Positions 38,977 to 52,184 of a stretch of 64,000 nucleotides of DNA are shown here, piece after piece. The translations under genes were made by a program, and so were the position numbers. The DNA is taken from NCBI GenBank assembly GCA_973895155.1, contig OZ316891.1, positions 19,431,048 to 19,495,047 on the forward strand. Direction: 5' to 3'. Numbering within the stretch: the first letter of the stretch is position 1; each line of letters starts with the position of its first letter. The notes under the pieces were generated by a model. That model saw only the letters and a program-made list of their open reading frames with translations, was not told the DNA's origin and did no database searches. This DNA comes from Marsupella aquatica (lineage: Eukaryota; Plantae; Marchantiophyta).

Positions 38977-40898
38977 TTTTTTTTTGCCTCGAAAGAACCA
39001 AATGAATTCCATTCAAATAGCCAACATACAAAAAAGGGGGCCCACAAAGGGCACCAACCCAAGGGACCGGAGGTCAGCGTGCAGAAACCGGTGGGGCCGG
39101 GACCAAGGAGAAAGCTGAGCCCATAAGGGGCAACTAAACAAGTAATTTAGAAACTACAGTCGGAGCAGCACACTCCTAAAGACCGGCCAGTGACCAGGTT
39201 CCGGCGGGGTTCCTGCCAGTGGATCCGTGCGGGAGCAGAGCTCCAAACAGTCAGTCTGCAGTGCAACTTCCTAACCTGAACAACCAAAGTGACTCATGGT
39301 GGTCGTGGAGGTACTGGTGGGACTTGAAGGGATTTCTCATGTAGTTCCCAAAGGCCAGCCCAGGTGCCATATTGAAACGCCATCTCGTTGTGCGCCTCCC
39401 TTGAAGTGATCTTTCCAGCCTGGATACGAACTTTAATCCGGCCCCAATCACGACATAGGTAGATTCCGAGTCGATGCCAAGATTTTCTGATAACTCCTTG
39501 TGGGTGGGGTCGGGTGTGTTCAATGAAGTGGGTACTTCTGTCCTTCCACAAGTTCCAGCAGATAATAGCCCTTAAGGTATGCCACAGTTTCATGGGGACG
39601 TCCCAATGCTCCGGTAGGGGCTCCCCGACAAAAATGTGGACTGGCTGTAGGTGAATAAGATTCCCCCTAGAACAGGCACATAGCTGTAGCACAAAATGAA
39701 CCCACCTCCAGACTATCTGCGAGTGATTGCAGCTCCAAATGCAGTGAAGGATATCTTCCTGTTGGTTAGTGCCACACCGGGTGCACCAGGTGGCCGGATT
39801 GGTTGATGGTAGTCTCGGGAACCTCCAGTGCTGTGTTGCAGGTATCCTGTAAATCAGTTGCCACAAATAGCAATTCTCGCTAGCAGCTCGGAAAGGTAGC
39901 CATGTATCAGCCCAGAGCGTCCGTGGGTGGGGCTGCCAATTCAATCTGATGGCCCATTTGTGAATGGCTTTGTGGAGTGTTTCATTGAGTGGCGCCTGAA
40001 TTTCACGTAAGTGGGTGGTGTTAGTTTCCAGAAAGGAGAGTCCGTCCTTCCATTCGTGCTGCAACAAAGGTGCCAACAATCCATGTGGCCTTCCAACGCG
40101 GTGCATGTTGTTGGGAGCTCGGTTGCCGTTCCTGGTCAACACCCGGTGCAAGATCACAAGGCCAAAAGGCCAAGGGGGCCTTGGACTCATTTCAGTTGCA
40201 GCGCAATTCAGAGCACTGGCTGGGAACTTCATTATTTGGGCACTGTCTGGAGGAGATCACCCCCTACGTCGAATTCTCCAGCATGAGATCAAGCAGCTTT
40301 CTAAGCGGAAATGGGGAGTGGAAGATTATACCTGGGTCTTTTTGCAGTGCCACACTCTTCCACTGAATGGGTCCAAAGTGTGGACCAATGTATGCACAGG
40401 GTGGAACGTCATCAAGAAAAATCTGAGAGCTACATCTCCTGCGCATCTGGAAGGATGGAGTGACCTTCCCCTTTGGCAACCACACATTAACCACATCCAC
40501 GCAAATCAAGCCAAATGTCGGAGCAATCCATAGAGGAAAATCAGGAGGGCTGGCTTTGTTGCCATGAGAGACGTCTTGGATGGGAGGGGGCAATTCATCA
40601 ACTGGGAGGATGGACCTAACGCTATGCTTCCCCCAAATTGCTCCTCTGCGTATCCCCAAATTGCTCCTCTGCGTATAGTAAGTTAATTGCTAACCTTCGT
40701 ACTGTGCCTGAGCTACACAGGAATCCTGGGAACTCGTCCCTATCTTCATGGAGGCCCGACTGCCATGTGGGACTCTTTACATCTGGGAATACCAGGTACC
40801 CAGACACCGCATTACGTCCCAATGGCAGTGGTTCAATGACATTGCTCACCCCAGACGTACCTTTAGGGTGGTCAATGACACTCTTTGCAAATTGGATA
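38977..40898 (-). mobile_element. 5'-truncated, 5'-inverted L1-type LINE with poly(A) and a 16-bp TSD
   Basis: CCCCACCTCCATTTTC is duplicated at 38961-38976 and 40899-40914, followed by T9 at 38977-38985 (poly-A on -). The minus segment (about 40150-39294) encodes the ORF2 C-terminus (zf-RVT CTRC...EDILHCIWSC, WNLWKDR, VPPVPPRPP*). The plus segment (about 40147-40898) encodes the immediately upstream part of ORF2 (PKGQGGLGL, W..V..GW, PLW). Confidence 0.92.
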
Positions 40899-43800
40899 CC
40901 CCACCTCCATTTTCCATTCACAAATAAACATGCATGCTCCGCCACATAGATGGCAAACGGTAGGAAGTTGAAAGGACTTGATCCGCAACCCAGAAATCCA
41001 GAATGCTTTGAGAAATATGTAAGTCATGAAAGTGGAATCTTAGAATACGATGGTGCGAGCTTAACGAATTGAAATTTCTCTCTCGTCACAGGCTCACATG
41101 TTAGGTGATCGAATTTGTCTCACAGAAGAGCGCGGAAATAGTTTTCCCTCCAATCTTGACAAGCTCCTAGTCTCGTGAACATTCGAGTTTTCCGTGCAAT
41201 CAGGAAACATGTGTGTCGATCGGGACACTCATTAAAAAATCGTCGACTCCCATTGTGCTATCGAAGCTGTGGACGACGAATGACCTCGGTTCTAGTGTAG
41301 GACCTTGATCGAGATTGTCAGCCCTGCTTTGACAGGTCGCGGGGGATGGCTTACAAGTTGGTCTGGCAAGAATTTGGGCGCAAGCTCATGATTGAAGACT
41401 TCCTCGATGACTTGAGTCTTCGACTGTACGTTGACTGAATTCAGCGTTGCGCAAGATACATTCCTCTCCTCGAACTTCCATGGTTACAAGATATGAGCGC
41501 AATCATCCCTGGCTGATCTACTGTACTCCCTAGATCACTGGCAGTGATGAGAGGTAGTACTTGGACGATTTCGTCATAATCGATTGAGGCTTTACCCTGA
41601 CAGTGTATACTGTGGGCGAATGATTGCACGGCTGGATCAGCTGGAAAGGAGTTTTGACGTTGCGTCGATGACACCATGAGAAACTGCTGAAGTCTCGGAT
41701 TCAAGTAATCAATCAGCCTTTCAATCCATAAAAAGGTCAACAAAAGGACGTTGTATCAGATTGATGTAAAGTTATCCAGAAACGTGATGTTTTCCGTTCT
41801 GATTTCAGAGATTCCTACGTTTTAAACAACTGTTACTCGGCGACAGGTCACTTTATGCCTGAGCTGCAATTGATAATAGCAGGTTTCGACTGTCCCAGCT
41901 CAACAGAAAACTGGAACACTGTTATGCCTCACTGCAGCAATGGAAATGAAGAGCCAATGGACCAGTTTCAGTGTACAGGTAGGCATGATTGGCAGACTTC
42001 TATCCAGGCATCCTCGATCTATGATAGGATTCACAAGCAGCACTAGCAAGCAGTTTTGAGAGCTCTCCAATTCCACAAGGCAAGTCTCGTAGTATTGAGA
42101 TTGTGACTTGATAATTGAGAGAACCCTCAATCTTACTCCTTGATCTCTCGTCCATATTCATATCTTTAGGAACTACAATGAACAGCAGCTTGTCGCACGC
42201 TGCAAACCGTCTGGCAAGCGGCCAGAATAGCTTTTAGAATAAATCTGCTGCTGCAGACTTTTCTCCGTAGCCACTTCCAGCGATTGATCTTTCAATTGAT
42301 CTTCCAACCAAAACAATTGATCAGTTGTATTGTGTCTGCAGAGAACCCTGCCACTAGGTCTAGAGATCTAATTGAGAGGTTTGGAATGAGGCCACTGAAG
42401 ATGAGGGGCGATAAATTTTACCTCATCTTTGGAGACCCCCTGACGTACATCATCTTTGCAGCTAGCGAGTTCTCTTTCTCGGCTATGAAGAAGCGGCATC
42501 CTCACGGTGACGCCAAGATCATGGTCAAACCCAGTTTCTTGGGACACACGCGCATCGAATTGACACGCCATTCGAACAGTGGGATTCAAGTGCTCTTACC
42601 ATGTTAAGCCATAGGTTCTGATAGACAAGATTTTGGTGTTGGAGGATTTCATCTGTCTCCTGGGAAATTTGTCGCGAGTACTCTTTCTCCGCATTTCCAA
42701 GTAGTTTTCAAGCTGACCCGATGTTTTCCAGGGTTGACCCACTTCGTCATGGCCCTTGTCATCTGCGGGGTCCTCCAGACTCGTCACTTCGCAGAACTGT
42801 ATCATGTTCATGCTCAAGCGAAGGCCGGAGGAGAGCCTTCCATCCTTAGTCCGTAGTCGAGCCATGCATTTGCAACATCGCTGCCCGAACGCAATGTGCG
42901 GTGACTACCCGAGTTGTGCAGGTAGGTGATGCCAGAGCAGAGCATAGGCTTGTCAACCACGTGGAATGAATTTGCTCCTGTACAGTGATTGCGGACTTCT
43001 GTTTGGCTGATACCTGTCTCACGTCTGTCTGCTCACCGGTATCGTCTCCTTTACGTCTGTCTTGCTTTAAAAATAGACGCGGACCGAGCTCATCTTTTAT
43101 TCCTCCAAGTAGATATGAACATTTGTTCTAGGAGGTCTCTTCAAAGCAAACGCAAAACTGTAACCATTGAAGTTTTCTCAATCCGAGTACCAGGAATAGT
43201 GGTCGTAAAGATACCGTAAAACTCCTTTAAAGGCAACCACACAAGCTTACGGCAGCAGGCGAGAGCGAATCCGTCCCTCGACGTCATTTGCCAGAAAAAG
43301 TGTTAGATCAAGCGTAAACTTCTTAGATAGATCCTCGCACACTTGAAATTGGGTAAAATAAAGAGGAAAACTTGAAAACCAACACTTTACAGTGCTAAAT
43401 CAATTTGAACGCCATCCAAAAATTTCGGACCTGCTTTAGCTTGCAACGTGAGCACGAAACTCTTAAAGAGTGTCAAAGGAGACGCTCCGTCAGCCTAGTC
43501 TATAATGAATCTTGCTGATCCAAGTCGAACAAACTAGATCTTGAAATTCGCACCTAAAGTTAACAATAAAGTACTGATCATGCAGGAAGGAGAAAAAGCG
43601 CGCCGTCGATCCAAAGGGAGCCTGTAGCTCTGCGCCAGTGGGGTCAGAGAGCTTAGCCTCACGAGCGGTTGCTCTGCGTTGCGAACAAAATTCCGACACT
43701 TTCTCTGTCCGCTTTCCATTGGAGAGGAAAAATGTACGAGGAAACTTCTCTCATAGTTCTTGGTAACATGGGGATGAAAGCTCGTCTTCTGCGTAGACGT

Positions 43801-43917
43801 TTCCATTTTCCAATGTCGGTCCTAGCCAGTTTGCCGCTCCATTCATCTATTCTCTAAGCGAGAGACGTCACTGCTTGAGAACTCGACTGGTCCTCGATCG
43901 AGGCGCTAGTATTGTCG

Positions 43918-46176
43918 ATGGAGGGCGAGCTCGGCGATAGGAACGACCCTCCAGATGGTGAAAGCAACGACGAAGATGACCAGAGCACGACGGTTAATTC
44001 TGACGATGTCGAGGAAAGGCCTGCGAGCTCCAAGATCATGCCACAATTCGACACTCTAGATGGATCCTTTCATTTCACTTTGACTGGCTATTCGCTTGCC
44101 CAGGGAATAGGATCAGGACAATATTTCTCGAGCGGTATCTTCGCCGTGGGAGGACATGACTGGGCCATACATTTCTACCCCAATGGAAAGAACCCTGAAG
44201 ACGATTCAGAGTTCGTCTCCGTGTTCGTCGCGCTCGCCAGTGATAGTATCGATGTGCAAGCACTGTTTGAAATTATATTGTTGGACCAGAGCGGCAACGG
44301 AAAGCACATAATTCGTAGCCATTTCAATGGCCAAATCAAATCGCCTTACATCCTCGAGCGGCAGGGTAGCATGTGGTAGGCAAATACTGTATCTCACTCT
44401 GTATGTAATATTTGTCATCCTATTGTTGAGAATCAGTGCAATCCACGAAGTGCTACATGCAAATCCCCCGATGAGAATGATTGAAAGAGGTCAGACTATT
44501 TGTTGAACCATCATACTCTTTTGACTTTAAGGTAGCGATTGTTCTGGACAAGCTGAACTTCTGATGTGATGCCACTTCTTTATCCCCACGAAATTTTAGG
44601 AATTTTTCTTCTAATTCCGCTGCACTGTCAAATTCCACGTTCGTTCTTGCGAAGAAGAAATACAATAAAACTGGACAATCTCTAATTTCCGAGTCCATTG
44701 GTAGCATTTTCCTTCAGTGTCCTCAAAACATTCAACCAACATACCTAGGTCGCTGATCATGTTGGCTGTGGAAGCTATGTAGGCTCGTGTTCATCTTCCT
44801 GGAGAGCGAGTTGCAGTCAGATTCTCTAGTGACTAGTTCCGTTCCATCCTCCTGTGAATCACAATGGTTGTTCGAGCTACCTCTGATCAATACCAAATTT
44901 ATAGAACTTGGCATTGTTGCAATTCTCATAGCAAAAGTTGAATGATTAATGTGGATTGCAATCCTCACGGCACCAGTAGTTGGGATTAAAACTCGAAACA
45001 TTAGCCAGCAGTCACTACATCGCTTTATTTCATTACGTGCGCCGGAATTGAAATTGAAAGAAGAATTGAAAGGAATCAGTGAGAGTGACTGTCTTGTTTA
45101 TGTCATCAAATCCTCTGCGAATAGGCTGAGCACAAATTTGAAGTACCACCTTCGGCTATTCGTGGTGAAATTCTTGTGCAGGGGATACGCGCACTTTATC
45201 AGGCGAGACGAACTGGAAATGTCTGACTTCTTGAAAGAGGACACTGTCGAGTTCACGGGTAGGGTGGGCGTGCTGCTATCATCCGTCAAGTCTGCAAAAT
45301 TGATCACCACTCCACTTCTCGAGCAGGACAACCTCGAGGACAACACGCCTCATCGCCAGAGCACTGGTGATGATGAATCATCGCTTCAGGACATTGGTTC
45401 GCAATCAGACGATGGCATTGTGAGTAAGTTGAAGATATATAACATACAAAATAACGTATTTGTGATCCTACTCGGTCATGAGCACTTCCAGAGACTTCGC
45501 TGCAAATCTAGCTTCAATTTTTCCTGGAATGGATCGAGGTAGACAATTCGCAAATCAAACGTCAAATTGTCCTTTCGGATTTCTCCACAGAATAAATCTA
45601 GCACTCGACATCTCAGCGTCCAAGTTGAATGCAACTGACATTTCTCTCTAGAACCGTCCTCACACGAGATATTCCATTTCTCAGACCGTGAATAATTCAA
45701 CGCTTGAGGATTACTGAGTCAGAAATATCTTAGAAACACGAAAATCTCGATGATATTGAGGTTAGATCCAAATCAGGAATTTCATTTCAATTTGACTCGT
45801 CTAACATTTTTGGGAGTGACTGTCTTGACCAGAATAGTTCAAGTCCGGTCATAGAAAGCTAGGTGCTTAAATTCAGTTCAAGAGACGTCTGATCTCATTC
45901 AGAGGAGAAACTAGTTCGCAGATTTGAGAGCCAGTCAAACTTGCATCTTCACCTATGCACCATCTAGTCTATACAAGAAAGTGCGAGTGGAATCTCAGAA
46001 AGGTTGATTCTTGTGGGCACAGGGACGCTAATGTCAGTTGATACTTCGTTTGGCGTGCTTAGCAGGGTCTTCAACTTGAGGAGCAGCTTGCCAAATACCA
46101 CCTCGAGCTCATGAACACTAAATCTCCGCTCAGTCTCAGTGCTAAATTCGGAACCGGAGAAGAACCCACCAACTGA
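43918..46176 (+). CDS. MATH/TRAF-domain protein derived from the BPM (BTB/POZ-MATH) family, with no BTB domain found; exons 43918-44375, 45182-45419 and tentatively 46066-46176
   Basis: GSFHFTLTGYSLAQGIGSGQYFSSGIFAVGGHDWAIHFYPNGKNPEDDSEFVSVFVALASDSIDVQALFEIILLDQSGNGKH..RSHF closely resembles the plant BPM MATH domain. The conserved intron in GSMW|GY is present (TG|GTAGG ... TGCAG|GG). There is a donor ATT|GTGAGT at 45419. Exon 3 is inferred only from an in-phase CTTAGCAG acceptor. Confidence 0.8.
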
Positions 46177-46832
46177 TTCGCATGGTGCAGGGACCTAGTT
46201 AAGCACCAAAGTGAAGATATGAATTCTAATTCATGCACAAGCTTGCTTCAGCATGACGGCATCCCGATTGGAGCTGTCGTTTGGTCGCCCACGACCGTCT
46301 CACATAGCAGGCTGTGAAGTGTTCATGCATCTTGACTCTGGCCAAGAATCTTCTCAATATGAGGGATGATTGCACGAATAGAACTCAGTAATTCGCGAAG
46401 AGAAGCTAGGGTAACACCCTCCGATCTAGAGGTATAACCCTCTTCTAACACTAGACCATGATATTTCTTTTACAGGAATTTAGTATTTCCTAGAGCCTCA
46501 CCTCTATTTTGGACGGGTAGTCGAGCTAGTGCTGTAAAATACGCCTGAACCCCAAGTGCGTCACGAAGTACTCATTACAGGGAACATTATGGAGTTGGAG
46601 AGTTTGAAACTTCTTATACAATTCGAATCTTGCCTATTTAGGTTATGACATTTCAGCCTCCCAGTTTCCAAGAGAAGACTGGTTTACTACCAGCTCGTTA
46701 GATGCTGTAGAATTTCAAGCTCAAATTGAAGCTTTCTGTACATATAATTGAACTGCAGATTATGCAATCAAAAGATCAGGAATGCAAGTCAAGATTTGCT
46801 CTATGACTAAAATCACGTGACTAACGAATCTT

Positions 46833-46916
46833 GGCAATCGAATCGATACAACAGCTTCAGAGAAAAGTCTGAATTGGGCAATCGAATCGATGCGACAGCT
46901 TCAGAGAAAAAGTCTG
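46833..46916. repeat. Tandem duplication, about 44 bp, 2 copies
   Basis: GGCAATCGAATCGAT.C.ACAGCTTCAGAGAAAA(A)GTCTG occurs twice. Confidence 0.8.
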
Positions 46917-49145
46917 GGAAGCGATAATATTCACGAGCTGTACATTTTTCAAAGATCAGTCGAGAAGTGTAACCAACGTCGTGAGTTACAACCGCCAGAA
47001 ATTCGAAGTTGCTAACTTCTTGGTTGGTCACTTAATTGTCAAGCTTGTGCACCCAACCTCTCCGAATGTGACCTGAGAAAAATTCAATCAGGTGTGTCAC
47101 CTAGTACCATCTAAAGAATCCAGAATTAGACTCTATGGATTAACGTCGCAAATGCGAGAGCAAGTCTCGAAGTGCCTCTTATTCTGGATGTGATCAAAAA
47201 ATCAAACTTATCCATTCGAAGTGCGACCTCAGCGAATTGTATTTTCATCGTACAAAAGACACCAAAGCTCGTTGAAAGGCCTGCGTCATTATACGCGTCG
47301 AAAATATCCTAGAGACGAGAAAGCATTAAGATTTGGAGCATTGGATCCATAATTTCTCAGAACTCACATAGCTCACCTAGTTGGTGTGCTCAGGTGCGGG
47401 ACCTTCCTATCGAAACCACGAAATCGGGAAGTTACTAATGCTGATGCTGTTCTGTTCGATTATGAGTCGAATACAACGTTCGTGTCACAAACTTGGGCAG
47501 AACAGTGCCTGCTGATTATCCTACCTATCGAAACCAAATTTGTGATATCAAGGATCACGAGACAGTCTTGATTACAAATGTTCGTATAATTGCAGTGGTC
47601 GAATAGATGCAACCCCTTTAAAAGCTCAATGAAAGGCCCGAATGAGAAACAACTGTGAAGGATGCATGCTGTGTAACGGAGAACCCGTCTGCACAAGCTA
47701 CCCTTAAGTACGTGGCTATTTCATTAACTCTAAGGAGCACGAGTACGATGCATGACATTCACTTGCCTGGCCAAAGCTGCACAAGTCTTGTGTGACATCC
47801 CTACAGCGCCTCCCGACAGAAAATAAACCATATATTCATTCATATCGTCGGACATCTGGAGAAAGCGCGATCATTCTATGCAAAGGAAAGAGACCTCTTA
47901 CTCTAAACGTGGAAAGACAAACAAGCAGGGGGAAGCAAGGTCCCAAACTCTTTCAAGTTTTCATCGGTCAGAGGAGTCTGATTTTAAAAGAAACATCAAC
48001 GAGACGTTTGATGGTGGAAGAAGAATCCCAAACACATGTTCAGACAGGAACACAATAAAAATATGCCATTACATAGACACCGTCATAACGACTTAAATGC
48101 AATGCATAAATTGTCTTATGCAGATATCTGTCCAAAATAACTAGCCTCAAGGTTCGACATTACATTATACGAGAACATCCAAAAGGCACAGAAGAACCGA
48201 AAGACTTGCATACGTAAATTTCCCTCGATAAGATTCGACCCCATCCACAATGGAAGATGTAAAACGACTTCTCAATACAGTTTCTCAGCATGTAACTTCA
48301 TCACGCAAATATGAAGCTGTCCTGTCGGAAGATAGCTAGCCCCCTTGCTAAGATGATTCAGAGGTCGGAAGCGCCGTCGTGGAAGTACATCGCTTTGAGT
48401 AGATACAACAAATTGAAGGTCACAATTAGGGCACACATGCCCTCCAAAAATTGCACCCATCTGTCGATCACTCTTTGCCACGTAGTCCACATGCTAGTTG
48501 GAAACGCGCTCACTGACGGCCTGTCCATCTTTTAGTCGACAAGTTTACAGAACAGAAATCTCCATCACCTTCCAACAGCCAAAATAGGGTTACTTGATAC
48601 ATCACGGCGGACTCTCTCTCGCTTTCTCTATCTCTCTCTACATCGGACTGAGCAGCTGAGAAATATGGGGCTTCGGATCTGAACGCATCCCGATGATGAT
48701 GATGAGAGGGATGAAACCCCAGTGAGTGGCCACCTTGACGTGCTTGAGGACTGTCGTGGGCCACTCCTTCACAGCTTTCTCCATCGAAGACTGGACCATT
48801 GTGGAAGACAGATCTTCGTTCGCTTAATCCGCCAATTCCTCAGAAACTCAAATTGGGACAAACGGCCGATTGAGCCAACCTGCTTTCGTTGCTGCTGCCT
48901 GTGATTTGCGTCGAGATCAATCGAGTGCTCCTTGGAACGATGCTTCACCCAAGAATTGCAATTCTGCACACCTTCAGTACTCTTCTATTCCTTTGAGAGA
49001 GGCGACCGCAGAATTCTCTGTCCGAAGCTACTGGTACGGTAACCGAATCAACCCTAGGCCCAGCCCGAGCCTGATACCGTACCTGGATGTCGCCAGTCGA
49101 AGCAAATACGCTGGCTCGGCCCTCGTTCGAACATAGCCTGGGTCC

Positions 49146-49729
49146 AGCCCCTATTTGGAGCCCATTGCACTTAATTAAACCAGGCTATGAAACACTATAA
49201 TATCCAATGGAGAGTGGGCTCTTTCGTAAATGTCCTTTGAGCGGGAAGACATCGTGGCCGTTTGTTGAATAATTGTTTTCTCCAACACAGTTCGATTGGC
49301 CAAAAAGCTTACACTGTAATATCCATTCGAGATTGGCCTATAGTCTGTTTTACTATCCTTTGGGTGGGAATAAATCATGGCCATTTGTTGAGAATTTTTT
49401 TTTCCCTACACAGTTCAATTGCCCAAAACCACCTGGGCCTTGCCCCCTTCTATGCCTCGCCAGCCATGCTTGCTAGTCATGTCATGCACAGGCATTGGGC
49501 TCTTGTTGAAATGAAACCTGAGCAAGCAGTTTGCTTTGACTCGGCAATCTGGAGGTGCAGCAGCTGCAATAGCCGATGGGTGTGAATATTCTTACCTACT
49601 ATAACATGCAATCCGGCCAACCGGCCAGCCATGATCACCTTACAAAATTAGTTATGGACAGGACTTTTCCTGGCCATTGGATATATTTCTCTTTCTTTCT
49701 GGGCCATCAGATCTCTCCAAATAGGGGCT
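49146..49729. mobile_element. Possible non-autonomous TIR element (about 580 bp)
   Basis: A perfect 15-bp inverted repeat, AGCCCCTATTTGGAG (49146-49160) / CTCCAAATAGGGGCT (49715-49729), with degenerate outward extension. No clear TSD. Confidence 0.45.
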
Positions 49730-50457
49730 CAACCAAGCTCCGTCATTGAGAATTCCTGTGAGTCTCAGACTAGATTGTCCCTACAGTGACCCCCTTACCC
49801 ATAAGTGCAATTTTTCTCCACAGAAAATTCCATGCACTTCTCAGTAAGTGTAAGTTGATGGGATTGTTCGCTCACCGAAAAGCACTTATCAAGGGTATGC
49901 ACTTATATAGTTGTCATTTAGTAAATTGTTTTTGGCCTGTTTGCCCTGACTAAAAGTGCAAGCTCCGCACGGAAAGGATAGAAAGGGATGCCTTGCAGTT
50001 AGCCAGCTGTAAGCGATGCATTTAAAGAGAGATGACTGTAGTAGAGAACTACTTATATATAAACCTGCCAAAGATCCCAGAGGCCAGAGACCCAATAAAG
50101 GGGAGAAACATGGGTAAATCCCAGGAAAATCAAAGAGCCCAAGAGTCCCTAAGAGCCGCAAAAGAACTAAAACCCCATTGGGCAGCTACAAAAATAAAAC
50201 CCTTTTGGACAGCAAATTGAAAAGCCTGGCCATAGCTCTTGAGTAAGCGGCATGAAAATGATGCTCCAATAGACCAAGCCTGCGAACCATGCAAACTGCA
50301 TGGAAGTGACACCTCTTGCGCCTTCGCTCATATTTCCAAGATGTTTGCAACAACAAAAGTTTGACTGTCAATATCTCTCTTGATGTCCAAATGAAGAATT
50401 GAAAAGAGTTACGAATTTCTAAAGATTATTCCATTGCTTGTTCACCTTTCCAGTGAC

Positions 50458-50618
50458 CATCTAACTCAACCATAAAGTCAAAAGCAGGGTTTCCTTCCAT
50501 CAATGAAAGATGGTAATCTGTTGTTAGGTGTAATTGGAGATTCTTCTTACAGTGTCACATGGTTGTGTCCATCCGGGTAGTCCCAACAAACGTGTGTGTC
50601 CATGAGGGCTTTAAGTTC
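50458..50618. mobile_element. Partial second copy (right end) of the MITE-like element at 51137-51522
   Basis: An approximately 160-bp direct repeat of 51361-51522, ending at the same terminus GTGTG.CCATGAGG.CTTTAAGTTC. Confidence 0.7.
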
Positions 50619-51136
50619 CAAATTTTGATGTTTAGTATCTTCCTCAATATATGATGGAATCTGCTTTTGGGGGTTTATTTGAAATTGTTTGTAAATATCT
50701 TTCAACAAGTGTAACATAGTCAAACTTCACATAGAATTAAGAGACTCAAAATTTTCCAAAGATGAGGTCTCAAGATCTTGCCACATTTCACTCATCATTT
50801 TAACCCATACTATATGAGCAGAAAAAGGGTTTCCCTGCAATCCATTCAGGTTGAAAAAGGGTATCTAAGCAGTTTGACAAACATGGACCTAAGATGAAGG
50901 TCCATCCTGGTTTCAGTTCAAATGGTCACAAGAGGAATTTAATTAATAAAGCACAATCAAAAGTTACCCTTTAGCCTAAACCTCTAGACCGTGACTCTAA
51001 CCAAGTGCATCAATGACAGTGAGGGTGCACACAGAAAACAGGGATGGGGCAAAGATGAACAAGAAAAAGCATGGAAAGCCTGCAATCCTTTTTTCTACAA
51101 GGTGTTTTTAATACTCATTTCTAATTAAATTCAAAT

Positions 51137-51522
51137 GAACTTTTAAGCCCTCATGGACACACATGTTTGGAAGAAAGCCCGGATGGACACACACAACCCA
51201 GATAGACACAACCCAAACTTCATTTTTTGCTCATGTAACACACTTTTTGATTGTAATCCCAAAGTGACCTGTAAGGAGGTATGTGACCGAGACCAATCGG
51301 TATTCGGTTGATTCTTCTTGGAGTCCATCCACTTTTTCCTCACTGCAAGGATGCGGTGAACATCTAACTCAACCATAAGGTCTAAAGCAAGGTTTCCTTC
51401 CGTTAATGAAAGACGATAATCCGTTTGGTAGGTGTAATTGGAGATTTTTCTTACAGTGTCACATGGGTATGTCCCTCCGGGTCGTCCCAACAAACGTGTG
51501 TCTCCATGAGGACTTTAAGTTC
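51137..51522. mobile_element. MITE-like element (about 385 bp) with terminal inverted repeats
   Basis: The left end GAACTTTTAAGCCCTCATGGACACACA is the approximate reverse complement of the right end TGTGTCTCCATGAGGACTTTAAGTTC. A second partial copy lies about 900 bp upstream. Confidence 0.65.
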
Positions 51523-52184
51523 GGTAGTCAAGCTAGTATGTATTAAAGAAAAAGTCACATCACATCTCATAAATGAATTGCAATGAGAAGCTAGGTTAGA
51601 CTTCTAAAGTGAAGCCTCTAGACCATGGCTCTAAGACCCCACCAAAAGTTATATGCATAAAAGAGAAGATTATGTATATCAAACTGATGATTTTTGTCAT
51701 CATTTTGTTAGCATTTAAGCTCATATACAGAAATTAAGGCCTCAATTTCAACGAGCATAGGATGGCCATATTAACTGGAAACCTCTTTTAACTACATTGT
51801 CACTAAAGATATTCTAATTCATTGCCACTAAAGATGTTTTACTTTACAATATTGCTATTGTTTTACTTACAAATATGCCACACTATATTAAAACCTAGTT
51901 ACTTTGTTTAAACTCTTTATACAAAACCATGACATATTTGTAAATACAAAGAAAACCATGACAATATTATCAATTTGAAAATTTTCTTAGTGACAAATAC
52001 AAAAAAAACTATGAAAGTATTATCAATTTGAACATCTTTAGTGCTTTCATTTTTCTCTTGGTGTGCTCTTGTAGCAAAATGAAACCTACATAGACCTTTA
52101 GGTTTGTCAAAATGCTCCCATGTATTTTTGCAACTCAGATAGACCGATTGTACTCACAATATGAAAGAAAATATTCTCAATTAG

